Source: an uncultured Gemmatimonadales bacterium (GTDB lineage: Bacteria; Gemmatimonadota; Gemmatimonadetes; Gemmatimonadales; GWC2-71-9). From it: a DNA stretch of 64,000 nucleotides. This document shows positions 11,126 to 22,416 of the stretch, in pieces. The DNA is taken from contig CAWGED010000005.1 of NCBI GenBank assembly GCA_963821525.1, positions 832,001 through 896,000 of the forward strand, written 5' to 3'. The notes beneath the pieces are model-generated. The model made no database searches and had not been told where the DNA came from. It was given only the letters and a program-made list of their open reading frames with translations. The first letter of the stretch is position 1, and the number at the start of each line of letters is the position of its first letter. Made by a program: the position numbers and the translations under genes.

Positions 11126-13044
11126 GCACGATCCGGCTGACCCTCCCCGACGGCAGCGTGCGAGAGGTGCCGGCGGGAACCACGGCACGCGCGGTGGCCC
11201 AGTCCATCGGCGCGGGGCTGGCTCGCGCCGCGGTGGCGGCGAGGGTGGACGGGCAAGTCCGCGACCTGGACCGCCCGATCGAGGCCGACGCCAACTTCGC
11301 GATCCTGACCGATAAGGACCCGGCTGCGCTGGACGTCCTCCGTCACTCGGCGGCCCATATCATGGCGACCGCGGTACGCGAGCTCTTCCCCAAGGCCGGG
11401 ATCGGGTTCGGTCCGCCGATCGAGAACGGGTTCTACTACGACTTCGATGTCGAGCGTCCCTTCACTCCGGAGGACCTGGAGGCCATCGAGGCCAGGATGG
11501 GCGAGGTGACCGCGAAGGACTATCCGTTCGTGCGGGAGGTGGTGGACCGCGCGGAAGCCAAGCGTCGCTTCAAGGACGATCCCCTCAAGCTCGAGCGCAT
11601 TGACGATCTGGGCGCCGACGAGGTCATCACGGTCTACACCGACGGTCCCTTCGTGGACCTGTGCCGCGGGCCTCATCTCCCCAGCACAGGAAGGCTCAAG
11701 AACTTCAAGCTGCTCCACGGCGCCGGCGCCTACTGGCGGGGAGATGAACGCCGCCAGATGCTGCAGCGGATTTATGGGACGGCCTGGTTCAAGAAGGAAG
11801 ACCAGGACGCCTATCTGCACCAGCTCGAAGAGGCCAGGAAGCGGGACCACCGCAAGCTGGGCAAGGAACTGGACCTCTTCATGTTCCATCCGTTCGCGCC
11901 GGGTGCCGTGTTCTGGACCGACCGCGGAACCACGATCGTGAACGTGCTGAACGACTACCTGCGCGAGCTGCAGCGAGACGACTATAAGGAGATCAAGACT
12001 CCGCTCCTGTATAACAAGGGGCTCTGGGAGATCTCCGGCCACTGGGGCAAGTATCGGGAGAACATGTTCCTGGTTCTCGACAAGGAGACCGGGGAACACG
12101 ATTTCTCGCTCAAGCCGATGAATTGCCCTTCGCACTACCTGTTGTATCAGTCGAAGAAGCATTCCTATCGCGAGTTGCCCCTCCGGTATTGCACCTATGA
12201 CGTGCTGCACCGAAATGAAGTCTCTGGCGCGCTCTCCGGACTGACCAGGGTTCGGCAGTTCCAGCAGGACGACTGCCACGTCTTCCTGACTGAGCAGCAG
12301 ATTGCCGAGGAGGTTCGCCGGCTCACCGATTTCATCCTGAGCTACTACAAGACCTTCGGGCTCACCGCGACGCTCAAGTTCGCCACTCGGCCCAAGGAGC
12401 GGATCGGCGAGGATTCGCTGTGGGATCGCGCCGAGGCGGCGCTCCAGGCCGCCCTCGAGGCGACCGGGCAGCCCTACGAGCTCAAGCCGGGAGACGGCGC
12501 CTTCTACGGCCCCAAGGTCGACTTCGACGTTGCCGACTCGATTGGCCGGACCTGGCAGCTGGGAACGATCCAGCTCGACTACGCCGCTCCCGAGCGCTTC
12601 GGGCTGATCTACGTCGGGGAGGACAATCACGAGCACCGGCCGGTGGTCATCCATCGGGCGGTGAGCGGCTCCTTCGAGCGCTTCATGGCGATCCTGATCG
12701 AGCACTTCGCCGGCGCGTTCCCGCTATGGCTCGCACCCGAGCAGGTCCGCGTGCTGCCGATCTCGGATGCCCAGGGTGACGCCGCGAGGAAAGTCTTCCA
12801 GCGATTCCGTGAGGCGGGTATACGGGCCGGTCTCGATGACGGCAACCAGACCCTCAACTACCGGATCCGTCAGGGTGAAGTCGAGAAGATTCCTTATATG
12901 GCGGTCGTCGGGCAGCGGGAGGCGGATGCGGGCACGGTCGCGGTGCGGGTACGTGGGGCAGGGAACAAGCAGGAGATCGTGCCGGTCGAGGAGTTCCTCG
13001 CGCGAGTCAGCGGGGAGATACGGAGGTGGGCGTTGGTTCCGTGA
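11122..13044 (+). CDS. thrS: Threonine--tRNA ligase
   Basis: TGS domain, RHSAAH, DLCRGPH, KPMNCP and GAFYGPK. Confidence 0.97.
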   Translation: MSTIRLTLPDGSVREVPAGTTARAVAQSIGAGLARAAVAARVDGQVRDLDRPIEADANFAILTDKDPAALDVLRHSAAHIMATAVRELFPKAGIGFGPPIENGFYYDFDVERPFTPEDLEAIEARMGEVTAKDYPFVREVVDRAEAKRRFKDDPLKLERIDDLGADEVITVYTDGPFVDLCRGPHLPSTGRLKNFKLLHGAGAYWRGDERRQMLQRIYGTAWFKKEDQDAYLHQLEEARKRDHRKLGKELDLFMFHPFAPGAVFWTDRGTTIVNVLNDYLRELQRDDYKEIKTPLLYNKGLWEISGHWGKYRENMFLVLDKETGEHDFSLKPMNCPSHYLLYQSKKHSYRELPLRYCTYDVLHRNEVSGALSGLTRVRQFQQDDCHVFLTEQQIAEEVRRLTDFILSYYKTFGLTATLKFATRPKERIGEDSLWDRAEAALQAALEATGQPYELKPGDGAFYGPKVDFDVADSIGRTWQLGTIQLDYAAPERFGLIYVGEDNHEHRPVVIHRAVSGSFERFMAILIEHFAGAFPLWLAPEQVRVLPISDAQGDAARKVFQRFREAGIRAGLDDGNQTLNYRIRQGEVEKIPYMAVVGQREADAGTVAVRVRGAGNKQEIVPVEEFLARVSGEIRRWALVP

Positions 13045-13060
13045 AACCTCACCCCAGTGC

Positions 13061-13460
13061 TGTCATTCCGAGCGAAGCGAGGAATCCAAATCCCTCCGTT
13101 CCAAAAACCACTCCTCCGCAAGATCAGTCCATCCAGGGTTTACGCTCTGAATCAGCGTAATCTTCTTGCTCCGTCTCCACGCTTTGAGCTGTTTCTCCCG
13201 AGCGATCGCGGCTCTGGCATTGGGGGTGGTTTCGAAGTAAACCAGCTTGGTGATTTTGTAGCGGCTTGTGAAGCCGTCCCAGTGCAGGCTCCGATGCTGA
13301 GCCAGGCGTCGCATCAGGTTACTGGTAACACCCAGGTAGAGGGTACGATGGCTGTTGCTGAGGAGATAGACATAGAACGTCTTCACTCGGCCTCCTGAGG
13401 CCGTAGTAGGCCTCGGTCACGCCTACGCGGGTCGGTCTGGATTCCTCGCTCGCTCGGCAT
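13061..13460. mobile_element. REP-like inverted repeats bracketing the GIY-YIG gene
   Basis: TGTCATTCCGAGCGAAGCGAGGAATCC (13061-13087) and the inverted partial copy GGATTCCTCGCTCGCTCGGCAT (13439-13460). Confidence 0.6.
13063..13386 (-). CDS. GIY-YIG nuclease family protein (UPF0213-like)
   Basis: FYVYLL..LYLGVTSNL.RR..QH and AIAREKQLKAWRRSKK. Confidence 0.9.
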   Translation of the reverse strand: MKTFYVYLLSNSHRTLYLGVTSNLMRRLAQHRSLHWDGFTSRYKITKLVYFETTPNARAAIAREKQLKAWRRSKKITLIQSVNPGWTDLAEEWFLERRDLDSSLRSE

Positions 13461-13467
13461 CGTCAGC

Positions 13468-13521
13468 GCCTTGTCCGCCTCGTCCGCCCTGACCGCCTTC
13501 CCGCCCTCCCGCCCTACCGTC
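13468..13521. repeat. Nonamer-type array (CGCCYTGTC-like), single arm
   Basis: CGCCTTGTC CGCCTCGTC CGCCCTGAC CGCCTTCC CGCCCTCC. Confidence 0.7.
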
Positions 13522-13553
13522 TATTTTCCCCCCGACCCAAACAGCCGCGCCCC

Positions 13554-14741
13554 GTGTCCGACGCCACTACGCCCGTCATCCTCTCCGCCGTCCGCACCCC
13601 CATCGGACGGTTTCTCGGTGGCCTTTCCACCCTCACCGCGCCCCAGCTCGGTGCCTTGGTCGTTAGGGAAGCCGTGCGTCGAGCCGGGGTTGAGCCCGGT
13701 GCGGTGGACGAGGTCATCCTTGGCCAGGTTGTACAGGGAGGCTCCGGGCAGGCACCAGCCCGCCAGGCCCTGATTCACGGCGGGATTCCCGGTACCGTCC
13801 CGGCGATGACCATCAACAAGGTTTGTGGCTCCGGGCTCAAGGCCGTGATGCTGGCCGCCCAGGCCATCAAGGCCGGCGATGCCGAGGCCATCGTGGCGGG
13901 CGGGCAGGAATCCATGTCCACCGCACCGCACTACCTCTATGGCATGCGAACCGGGATCAAGGCGGGGAACCAGACCATCGTCGACGGAATGATCCACGAC
14001 GGTCTGTGGGATTCGTTTGGTCAGAACCACATGGGCGAGTACGCCGAGTACACCGCGGAGAAGGCGAAGGTGACCCGGCAGGAGCAGGACGAATTCGCCC
14101 TGAACAGTCATCGCAAGGCGGTAGCCGCGCAGGAGTCCTGCAAGTTTTCATCGGAGATTCTCCCGGTTGAAATTCCGGGCAAGGGAGGAGTGACGCGGGT
14201 GACCGCTGACGAGTCGCCGCGGAAAGACACGACGCTCGAAGCACTCGGCAAGCTCAGACCTTCATTCCGGAAGGATGGCACCGTGACTGCCGGGAACGCG
14301 CCGGGACTGAATGACGGTGCCAGTGCGCTGGTCGTCACCTCACTCGCATTCGCCAAGGCTCACGGTCTTCAGCCGATGGCGCGCATTATTCAGTACGCGA
14401 CCGGTGGCGGAGAGCCGAAGGATCTGTTCTTCGCTCCCATCGTCGCGGTGAAGAATCTCCTGGCCAAGTCGGGAACCAGGATCAACGACTACGACTTGAT
14501 CGAAGCCAACGAAGCATTCGCCGTGCAGGCCATCGCCGACGGGCGGGCACTGGGCTGGGATTGGGATCGGGTCAACGTGAACGGCGGGGCGGTGGCGCTC
14601 GGTCACCCGATCGGCGCGAGCGGCGCCAGGGTTTTGACCACTCTCCTGTATGCAATGAAGGATCGCGACAAGACAACCGGTCTTGCCACTCTCTGCTTGG
14701 GTGGCGGGAATGCGGTGGCACTCAGCGTGGAGCGGATCTAA
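13554..14741 (+). CDS. Acetyl-CoA C-acetyltransferase (thiolase)
   Basis: NKVCGSG, NEAFA, GHPIGASG and LCLGGG. Confidence 0.95.
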   Translation: MSDATTPVILSAVRTPIGRFLGGLSTLTAPQLGALVVREAVRRAGVEPGAVDEVILGQVVQGGSGQAPARQALIHGGIPGTVPAMTINKVCGSGLKAVMLAAQAIKAGDAEAIVAGGQESMSTAPHYLYGMRTGIKAGNQTIVDGMIHDGLWDSFGQNHMGEYAEYTAEKAKVTRQEQDEFALNSHRKAVAAQESCKFSSEILPVEIPGKGGVTRVTADESPRKDTTLEALGKLRPSFRKDGTVTAGNAPGLNDGASALVVTSLAFAKAHGLQPMARIIQYATGGGEPKDLFFAPIVAVKNLLAKSGTRINDYDLIEANEAFAVQAIADGRALGWDWDRVNVNGGAVALGHPIGASGARVLTTLLYAMKDRDKTTGLATLCLGGGNAVALSVERI

Positions 14742-15308
14742 ATGACCTCAGGCAATCCCACGGCGGCCAGATCCATGAGCCTTCCCAGGGCCTTTCGCTG
14801 GCCCATCACCTTGGTCCTCGGCGCCGTAGCCGTGGCCGTCTCGGCTCAATTCTCGGTTCCGCTGCCCTTCACGCCGGTGCCGATGACGCTTCAGGGGCTC
14901 GCGGTGATCCTGGTGGGTGGGCTCACCGGATCTGCAGCCGCCGCCGGTGCCATGCTGCTCTATCTCACGGCCGGGGCATTCGGGGCCCCGGTCTTCGCCA
15001 ACGGATCCGGAGGGCTGCACCATCTGCTGGGGCCCACCGGTGGCTACCTCCTCGCTTTCCCGCTCGCTGCGTGGATCGTGGGCTGGGTTGGGCAGCGGCG
15101 GAATCTCGGACTCTGCCTCCTCGCGGCATTGCTGGGGATGGTCGCCATTCACGCCGGTGGGCTGGCGCAGCTCGCACTACTCACCGGATCGATCAAGACG
15201 GCCGCCGCCGCGGGCACCGCGCCCTTCCTCCTGGTTGACTCACTGAAGGTGGTTCTGGCTGGATTGCTGCTCTGGCGGGCGCACCACTCACTACGCCCGC
15301 GGGCGTGA
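14742..15308 (+). CDS. bioY: Biotin transporter BioY
   Basis: PFTPVPMTLQ and LLGPTGGYL motifs; multiple TM segments. Confidence 0.9.
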   Translation: MTSGNPTAARSMSLPRAFRWPITLVLGAVAVAVSAQFSVPLPFTPVPMTLQGLAVILVGGLTGSAAAAGAMLLYLTAGAFGAPVFANGSGGLHHLLGPTGGYLLAFPLAAWIVGWVGQRRNLGLCLLAALLGMVAIHAGGLAQLALLTGSIKTAAAAGTAPFLLVDSLKVVLAGLLLWRAHHSLRPRA

Positions 15309-16186
15309 CCGAGCCGCTTCCAGAATCTCGCCCACCCTCGCGCCTCAGGGTCGCAGGGTGGGCAGTTCTTTTCTTGACGTTGGGCACCGCCTGCGCCCTG
15401 GTCTTGAGCGCGCTGGTTGGAATGGCTGCCCCCCTGCTGACCTCGGGCGCCCCCATCGACCCCGAAGCGCCGCGCTGGCTGGTGATCCAGACTGCCATCA
15501 TCATCCTGTCATTCGGATTTGCCACATGGGTGATCGGTCGCAAGGCGGCCAAGCTCACCTGGGAAGACCTGCGCTGGAAGCCGCTCGAGAATGCCGGCAA
15601 AGGCTGGGGTACAGGACTTCTGCTGGGCGTGGCTGCGGCTGCTGTGGCTGTCCTCCTCTCGTTGCCGCTCGGCGGCGCGCGATTCCTCCCGGATCAAGGC
15701 TCGCTGGCCGACTACCTTCGCCAGGCCACGCTAACCACACTCATCCTGGCTCCTGCCGCGCTGGGGGAGGAGATCGCCTTTCGCGGGGTGGCACAGGTGC
15801 TCCTGGCGAGAGTCATGGGGCGCTGGAGAGCCATCATCCTGCTCTCGGTGCTGTTCGGACTTGTCCACCTGTTCAATCCCAATCCCACTCCGCTGGCTAT
15901 CGCCAACATCACCCTGGCCGGCATCTTCCTGGGCGCGGCGTTCTACTTGCCCGGCGGGATCTGGACCGCGTGGGGCGCCCACCTGGGGTGGAACGCGACG
16001 CTGGCGCTGATGGATGCGCCGGTCAGTGGTCTTCCATTTACCATCCCGCTGATCAACTATGATCCCGGCGGACCGCGGTGGCTCACCGGCGGTAGCTTCG
16101 GCCCGGAGGGCGGAGCTCTCGGCTCCTTCGCGATCATTCTCGGTATCGCCACGGTATGGCGGCTGACCCGGAAGGAGAGCGCTTGA
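15305..16186 (+). CDS. CPBP/Abi family intramembrane metalloprotease
   Basis: EEIAFRG, FGLVH, HLGWN and GGSFGPEG. Confidence 0.9.
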   Translation: MTEPLPESRPPSRLRVAGWAVLFLTLGTACALVLSALVGMAAPLLTSGAPIDPEAPRWLVIQTAIIILSFGFATWVIGRKAAKLTWEDLRWKPLENAGKGWGTGLLLGVAAAAVAVLLSLPLGGARFLPDQGSLADYLRQATLTTLILAPAALGEEIAFRGVAQVLLARVMGRWRAIILLSVLFGLVHLFNPNPTPLAIANITLAGIFLGAAFYLPGGIWTAWGAHLGWNATLALMDAPVSGLPFTIPLINYDPGGPRWLTGGSFGPEGGALGSFAIILGIATVWRLTRKESA

Positions 16187-17025
16187 TGCGTGTGGCAGTG
16201 ATCGGTGCTGGAACGATGGGGAACGGAATCGCCCAGGTGTTTGCGCAACAGGGGCACGCGGTGCGGTTGATCGATGTGTCGGCCGAGGCCCTGAACAAGG
16301 GATTGGAGACCATTCGCGGCAGTCTGGCTCGGCTGGTGAAGAAAGAGACGATCAAGGCGGACGAGGCGGACAAGGCAGTTGCCCGGATCAAGGTCGGTTC
16401 GGGGCTCGAGGACGCGGCAGACGCAGAGCTCGTGGTCGAGGCGGCGTCGGAGAACCCCTCGCTCAAGTTCGCACTGTTCGATCAGCTCGATCAGGTGACC
16501 GCGGCGTCCACGATCCTGGCCACCAACACCAGCTCGATCTCGATCACTGAAATCGCGTCCCATACGAGGCGCGCCGACAAGATCATCGGGATGCATTTCA
16601 TGAACCCGGTGCCGGTGATGCAGCTGGTGGAAGTGATCCGCGGCCAGCTGACCAGCGATGCGACCACGACCCAGGTCATGGAGCTGGCGAAGGCTTTGGG
16701 GAAGACACCGGTCGAGGTGAACGACTACCCGGGCTTCGTCTCCAACCGGGTGCTGATGCCGATGATCAACGAGGCGGTCTTCTGCGTGATGGAGGGCGTC
16801 GCCACCCCGGAAGCGATTGACACGGTGATGAAGTTGGGAATGGCTCATCCGATGGGCCCCCTGGCGCTGGCCGACCTGATTGGCCTCGACACCTGCCTCG
16901 CGATCCTGGAGGTGCTGCACAAGGGACTGGGAGACGACAAATATCGTCCTTGCCCCTTGCTGCGCCGGATGGTGGCGGCGGGGACGCTGGGGAGGAAGAC
17001 GGGTCGGGGATTCTACAAGTATTGA
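16186..17025 (+). CDS. hbd: 3-hydroxybutyryl-CoA dehydrogenase
   Basis: [24 protein letters not shown] and HPMGPL. Confidence 0.93.
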   Translation: MRVAVIGAGTMGNGIAQVFAQQGHAVRLIDVSAEALNKGLETIRGSLARLVKKETIKADEADKAVARIKVGSGLEDAADAELVVEAASENPSLKFALFDQLDQVTAASTILATNTSSISITEIASHTRRADKIIGMHFMNPVPVMQLVEVIRGQLTSDATTTQVMELAKALGKTPVEVNDYPGFVSNRVLMPMINEAVFCVMEGVATPEAIDTVMKLGMAHPMGPLALADLIGLDTCLAILEVLHKGLGDDKYRPCPLLRRMVAAGTLGRKTGRGFYKY

Positions 17026-17026
17026 T

Positions 17027-17102
17027 GATTGCAGATTGCTGATTGCTGATTTGCAACTGACCTGCAGTTCAATCAGCAATCAACAATCGGCAATCAGCAA
17101 TT
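17027..17102. repeat. Inverted heptamer arrays (GATTGCW)n ... (AATCAGC)n
   Basis: Starts just after the hbd stop; central mini-hairpin AACTG/CAGTT. Confidence 0.9.
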
Positions 17103-17119
17103 GTCTCCGCGGAGCACCC

Positions 17120-18232
17120 ATGGACGCCTTCAAAAGCATGGCCGCCTACGCCCACGAGCAACTCGTGCTCTGCCACGAGCCTTCGTGCGGCTACTTCGGC
17201 ATCATCGCCATACATGACACGACGCTGGGGCCGGCCTTGGGCGGGACGCGGTTCTGGCAGTACGCCTCGACCGACGATGCGATCACCGACGCGCTGCGGC
17301 TGGCGCGCGGGATGAGCTACAAGTCGGCGGTCGCCGGGCTCAACCTGGGCGGGGGCAAGTCGGTGATCGTGGGCGACAACAAGCGGAAGGACCGGGAGGC
17401 GCTCTTCCGGGCCCACGGCCGCTTCATCGAAACGCTGAAGGGTCGCTATATCACCGCTGAGGACGTGGGCACCAGCCCGGCCGACATGGAATTCGTCCGG
17501 ATGGAGACGGAGAGCGTCGCCGGGCTGCACGGCCGGTCGGGCGATCCCTCGCCGGTCACCGCCTACGGGGTCTACGTCGGAATGAAGGCCAGCGCCAAGC
17601 ATCGCTGGGGTAGCGACTCACTAAGCGGCAAGCGAGTTCTGGTCCAGGGGTGCGGCAATGTGGCCCGGTCTCTCTGTGATCATCTGCACGAGGAAGGTGC
17701 CAAGCTGGTGGTCACCGATATCGACGGCGACAAGGTGAAGCAGGTGGTCAAGACGACCGGCGCGGAGGCGGTAGCGCCCGATGCAATCTACGATGTGAAG
17801 GCGGACATCTATTCTCCCAACGCGCTGGGTGCGACGATCAACGACGAAACGCTGAAACGGCTCAAGGTCGAGGTCATCGCCGGCGGTGCCAACAACCAGC
17901 TGGCCGAGGAACGGCACGGAGACGAGGTCGAGCGTCGCGGCATGCTCTACGCCCCGGACTACGTGATCAACGGTGGAGGCGTCATCAACGTCTACGGCGA
18001 GTTGATGGGCTGGGACCACGATCGCGCCAAGCGCAAGGCTGCCGCGATCTACGACACGATGCTCAACCTGTTCGCCATCTCGGCGGCGCAGAAAATTCCC
18101 ACCTACCGGGCCGCCGATCATCTGGCCGAGGCGAGGATCGACGCGGTGCGGGCGGTTGCGTGGGATCAGGGTGTGAGGCGTCCCTTGCGCTTAGCTGGCC
18201 TTTCCCGACCACTGTATCTTTATTCACAATGA
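17120..18232 (+). CDS. Glu/Leu/Phe/Val dehydrogenase (leucine dehydrogenase-like); the true stop may be near 18176
   Basis: [27 protein letters not shown] and PDYVINGGG. Confidence 0.9.
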   Translation: MDAFKSMAAYAHEQLVLCHEPSCGYFGIIAIHDTTLGPALGGTRFWQYASTDDAITDALRLARGMSYKSAVAGLNLGGGKSVIVGDNKRKDREALFRAHGRFIETLKGRYITAEDVGTSPADMEFVRMETESVAGLHGRSGDPSPVTAYGVYVGMKASAKHRWGSDSLSGKRVLVQGCGNVARSLCDHLHEEGAKLVVTDIDGDKVKQVVKTTGAEAVAPDAIYDVKADIYSPNALGATINDETLKRLKVEVIAGGANNQLAEERHGDEVERRGMLYAPDYVINGGGVINVYGELMGWDHDRAKRKAAAIYDTMLNLFAISAAQKIPTYRAADHLAEARIDAVRAVAWDQGVRRPLRLAGLSRPLYLYSQ

Positions 18233-18663
18233 CCGAGACCATCCCCATCGCGGCCGATCACGCCGGGTTTGAGCTCAAGGAAAAGTTGAAGCTGGAGCTG
18301 GAGAAGGCCGGTTACCGGCCGCTGGATCTCGGAACCCATTCTACCGAGTCCACCGACTATCCGGACTATGCCCACGCGCTGGCCCAACGGGTGGAAAGCG
18401 GAGAGCTGAAGCGGGGCATCCTCCTCTGCGGCACCGGACTCGGCATGGCGGCGGCGGCGAACCGCCACGCCCACGTGCGCGCCGCGGTGGCCTGGACCCC
18501 GGAAGTGGCTCGGCTTTCTCGCGCCCATAACGACGCCAACGTCCTGGTGTTGCCGGCGCGGCTCATATCGGAGCAGGAAGGCCGGGAAATCCTGCGCACC
18601 TGGCTCGACACCGCGTTCGAAGGCGGCCGGCACGGCCGTCGTGTCGAGAAGATCGAACCCTGA
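18229..18663 (+). CDS. rpiB: Ribose-5-phosphate isomerase B
   Basis: DHAG, DYPD, CGTGLG, HNDAN and FEGGRH. Confidence 0.93.
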   Translation: MTETIPIAADHAGFELKEKLKLELEKAGYRPLDLGTHSTESTDYPDYAHALAQRVESGELKRGILLCGTGLGMAAAANRHAHVRAAVAWTPEVARLSRAHNDANVLVLPARLISEQEGREILRTWLDTAFEGGRHGRRVEKIEP

Positions 18664-18674
18664 AGGGAGACCGC

Positions 18675-19934
18675 ATGTCGCTGGACCACGACGCTTCACT
18701 GCGTGCCGCCGATCCCGAAGTCGCCGGGCTGATCGACCGGGAGCTCCACCGCCAGCAGCATGGCCTCGAGTTGATCGCCAGCGAGAACTTCGCCAGCCGT
18801 GCGGTGATCGACGCGATGGGCACTCCCCTCACCAACAAGTACGCCGAGGGGTATCCGGGCCGGCGCTACTACGGCGGGTGCGAGGAGATCGATAAGGTCG
18901 AGCAGCTGGCGATCGACCGGCTGAAACAGTTGTTCGGCTCCGATCATGCCAACGTCCAGCCCCATTCAGGAGCGCAAGCCAACTTCGCCGCGTTCATGGC
19001 GCTGGTGAAGCCGGGTGAGACGATCATGGGAATGTCCCTGCCACATGGCGGGCATCTCTCCCACGGGGCCGCGGTGAATCACAGCGGTGTCATCTGGCAT
19101 GCGGTGCATTACGGGGTGGATCCCGCTACCGGTCGCATAGATCACGACCTGGTCCGGGACCAGGCCAGGCGGGAGCGGCCCAAGCTCATCATCGCGGGCG
19201 GCAGCGCCTACGCCCGAATCATCGACTTCGCGGCGTTCCGGTCGATCGCCGATGAGGTGGGGGCCATCTTCCTGGTGGACATGGCGCACTTCGCCGGGCT
19301 CGTGGCGGGCGGAGTGTATCCCTCGCCCGTGCCTCACTCGCCGGTCGTCACCAGTACGACCCACAAGACGCTGCGCGGTCCCCGGGCCGGTCTCATCCTC
19401 TGCGCCGCCGAGTACGCGAAGGCGATCGACAAGTCGGTCTTCCCCGGAACCCAGGGCGGGCCGCTCGAGCACATCATCGCGGCCAAGGCGGTGGCCTTCG
19501 GCGAAGCGTTGACGCCGGACTTTGCGCGATATGCCAAACAGGTGGTGGCCAATGCGCAGACGCTGGCCGAGGAATTGATCGCCCGCGGATTCGCGATCGT
19601 CTCGGGAGGAACCGATACTCATCTCATGCTGGTGGATCTGCGGCCGAAGAACCTCACCGGGAAGGATGCGGAGAAGATTCTCGATCGCGCCGGCATCACG
19701 GTCAACAAGAACACCATCCCCAACGATCCCCAGTCGCCCTTCGTCACCAGCGGCATTCGCCTGGGGACGCCGGCGCTCACCACCCGGGGCATGGGCAGGG
19801 GCGAAATGCGGAAGGTCGCGGAGCTGATCGACAAGGTCCTCACCAGCCCGGATGATGTCACGGTGGCCCGCGTGCGCCGGGAAGTCGGGGAACTGACCTC
19901 CGACTTCCCGCTCTACAAGAGCCGGCGTGCTTGA
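18675..19934 (+). CDS. glyA: Serine hydroxymethyltransferase
   Basis: [25 protein letters not shown] and GIRLGTP. Confidence 0.97.
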   Translation: MSLDHDASLRAADPEVAGLIDRELHRQQHGLELIASENFASRAVIDAMGTPLTNKYAEGYPGRRYYGGCEEIDKVEQLAIDRLKQLFGSDHANVQPHSGAQANFAAFMALVKPGETIMGMSLPHGGHLSHGAAVNHSGVIWHAVHYGVDPATGRIDHDLVRDQARRERPKLIIAGGSAYARIIDFAAFRSIADEVGAIFLVDMAHFAGLVAGGVYPSPVPHSPVVTSTTHKTLRGPRAGLILCAAEYAKAIDKSVFPGTQGGPLEHIIAAKAVAFGEALTPDFARYAKQVVANAQTLAEELIARGFAIVSGGTDTHLMLVDLRPKNLTGKDAEKILDRAGITVNKNTIPNDPQSPFVTSGIRLGTPALTTRGMGRGEMRKVAELIDKVLTSPDDVTVARVRREVGELTSDFPLYKSRRA

Positions 19935-19992
19935 CCCCCTCTGGCCCGGAACCTAGCTTGCGACCCATGCGGCGCCACCGACGCGTTCACCT

Positions 19993-20379
19993 ATGAACGG
20001 CCTCCAGTTCGCGGATGAAGTCTTCGAACGCATCCGCCAACACGAGGGCAGGTACGACGAGAGGGCGTACCTGTTTGTCCTTGCTGCCCTCGAATTCCTG
20101 CAATCGAAACTACCCGAGCGCCGGCACGTGACCGGCGCCGAACTGGCGTGGGCCTGCCGCGATTTCGCGGTGCGACAGTACGGACTCCTCGCGTTCGAGG
20201 TCCTCAACTACTGGGGTGTCCGGCGCACCGAAGACATCGGCCGCATTGTCTTCGTGCTGGTCCAGACCAAAGTGCTTTCGGCGGAGCCGACGGATCGCGA
20301 GCAGGACTTTGCGGGGGTGTATGACTTCGCCGCGGCGTTCGGTGAGCCCTATCGGTGGGACGGCGTAGCGCGGCTCTAG
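19993..20379 (+). CDS. Conserved hypothetical protein (Minf_1886-like)
   Basis: RY..RAYLFV..AL, HVTG.EL and WGVRRTEDIG.IVF pattern. Confidence 0.65.
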   Translation: MNGLQFADEVFERIRQHEGRYDERAYLFVLAALEFLQSKLPERRHVTGAELAWACRDFAVRQYGLLAFEVLNYWGVRRTEDIGRIVFVLVQTKVLSAEPTDREQDFAGVYDFAAAFGEPYRWDGVARL

Positions 20380-20410
20380 CACGGCCCGCCAGAGGGGAGC
20401 AGGGGGCACC

Positions 20411-20605
20411 ATGGAGGCGAGAGACTGGCCGGCGTGTAAGAAGTGCTCGCAGGGCGTGCTGATTCCACTCTCCGACTACGGGCGGGACGGAGCGCCGATC
20501 ACCTACAAGGCCTGGGTCTGCAGCAATCCCGAGTGCGGGTTCAATCTCCGGATCGACAACGGCGAGATCTCGATTGGCAGGACGATTGGGCCCAGCTATA
20601 AGTGA
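20411..20605 (+). CDS. Small Cys4 zinc-ribbon-like protein
   Basis: CKKC...CSNPEC; GGGAG/AGGGG purine-rich RBS upstream. Confidence 0.7.
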   Translation: MEARDWPACKKCSQGVLIPLSDYGRDGAPITYKAWVCSNPECGFNLRIDNGEISIGRTIGPSYK

Positions 20606-20698
20606 GCGGTGAGCTGTAAGCGGTTAGCGGAGAACGGGACGCTGCACTGACTCCGTCACACCGCTCACTGCTCACCGCTCACCGCTCACCCGCTCACC
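20602..20698. repeat. Inverted heptamer arrays (GTGAGCG)n ... (CTCACCG)n
   Basis: First unit contains the upstream TGA; last unit abuts the nnr ATG. Confidence 0.9.
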
Positions 20699-22253
20699 AT
20701 GAACATCCCCGTCCTCTCCCCCCAACAATCCGCCGAGTGGGACCGCCGGGCCGAGGCCTCCGGCAGCGATCTCGCGAGTCTCATGGAGACCGCGGGCCGC
20801 GCCGTCGCGGGCATCATCGCGTCCCGCTTCCCGGGACCGGTGGCCAACGGTGTCCTCGTCGCGGCGGGACTCGGCAATAACGGTGGAGATGGCTGGGTCG
20901 TTGCCCGGGCACTGCATCGCGTAGACGTACCGGTCTGGGTGGCACCGCTCTCCGGCAACCAATCGGGCCTCGCGCGACACATGGCTGTCGTGGCGCAGTC
21001 AGAGGGCGTACGGGTGGTGAGCCCTGATGGGCCCTGGCCCAATGTAGGTCTCCTGGTCGATGCGATCCTGGGGACCGGCGCCAAGGGTCCGTTGCGCGAT
21101 GCTGCGGCGGCGCTGGTGGATCGGATCAATGACCTGACATTGCCGGTCGCGGCGATCGACGGGCCGACCGGGAGTCGATCTCGAGACCGGGGCGAGTCAC
21201 GGTTCCGCGGTGCGCGCCGCTGTCTCGATCACCTTCGGCGGATTGCGTCGAGGCCATCTCCTCGCTCGGGACGAGGTCGGCGACGTGGTAGTGGTAGACA
21301 TCGGGCATCCGGCTCCCGATCCCGCCTGGCCCAGCATGGTGACCGACGCCGACTCGGCGCGCGCGATCGACCGCTTCGAATCGCGCGCCCACAAGGGCAC
21401 CCGCGGCCATGTCGTGGTAATCGGTGGAGACGCCGGCATGAGCGGCGCACTGCGCCTCTCCTGTCGCGCCGCCTTCGCGGCCGGAGCGGGCCTGGTGCAC
21501 GCGGTGGCTCCCGACGCCACGATTGATACCCTTGTGGTTGCCGAACCCGATTTGCAGACCCTCCGACACGAATTCACTTCGGAACTCAAGCCCGGGCTCG
21601 GTGAACTCCTGGCGCGCTCCGACGTCCTTGTGATGGGGCCGGGATTGGGTCGCGGTGATGGACGGCTCGATTTTGTCCTCGCCGCGGCGGGCAAGGCCCG
21701 GGCGGTGGTACTCGATGCCGATGCACTCAACGCCTTTCAGGGAGAGGCCCGTCATCTTCGCAAACTGGCCAAGGAGCGAGAGGTAGTGCTCACTCCTCAT
21801 CCCGGTGAATTCCGCCGGCTGTTCCCGGAGCACAGTGACGGGCTGGAGCTCGACCCGTGGCGCGCGGCGCAGGAAGCGGCTCACTCATCGGGATGCACGG
21901 TGCTGCTCAAGGGTGTGCCGTCGGTAGTCGCCACGTCCAACGGAACTCTGGCAACAGTAGCCGCGGGAAATCCTGGGCTCGCCACTGGCGGAAGCGGCGA
22001 CGTGCTCAGCGGCATCATCGGCGGTTTCCTGGCCCAGCAGTACGACACTCCGGTCGCCACCTGCCTCGGCGCACAAGTGCTTGGTCGCGCCGCCGACTTG
22101 GCCGCTCGCCGCACGACTGCTCGAGGGCTCCGGCCAATGGACGTGATCGGCGCGCTTCCCGACCTCTGGCGAACCTGGGAAGCGCAGCGCGCGGTACGGC
22201 CGGCACCGAAGCCGCCGATTCTTTTCGAGTTGGAGAGTCCACAGAGGTGGTGA
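20699..22253 (+). CDS. nnr: Bifunctional NAD(P)H-hydrate epimerase/dehydratase (frameshift near 21170)
   Basis: LMETAG, GNNGGDG, DAILGTG, HKGTRG, TPHPGE and GGSGDVL. Confidence 0.92.
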
Positions 22254-22416
22254 TGCGACGGACGGGGCGGACAAGACGGACAGGGCGGTCGGCGACTTCG
22301 CGGCGGTCGGGACGAACGGGGCGGACGGGTCGGTCGTTGTCTAGGTGCGCCTGTCCGCCCTGTCCGCCCTGATCGTCTTGTCCGTCCTGATCGCCTTCCC
22401 GTCCGCCCTCCCGTCC
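22254..22416. repeat. Inverted nonamer arrays (GGACRRGRC)n ... (GYCCTGWYC)n
   Basis: Begins at the nnr stop; the right arm lies inside the next ORF. Confidence 0.85.

Noticed and set aside
19967..19996. 9-codon uORF (MRRHRRVHL) overlapping the Minf_1886-like start
   Set aside because: Too short to support from sequence alone, and it could reflect an indel error in the 5' end of the downstream gene
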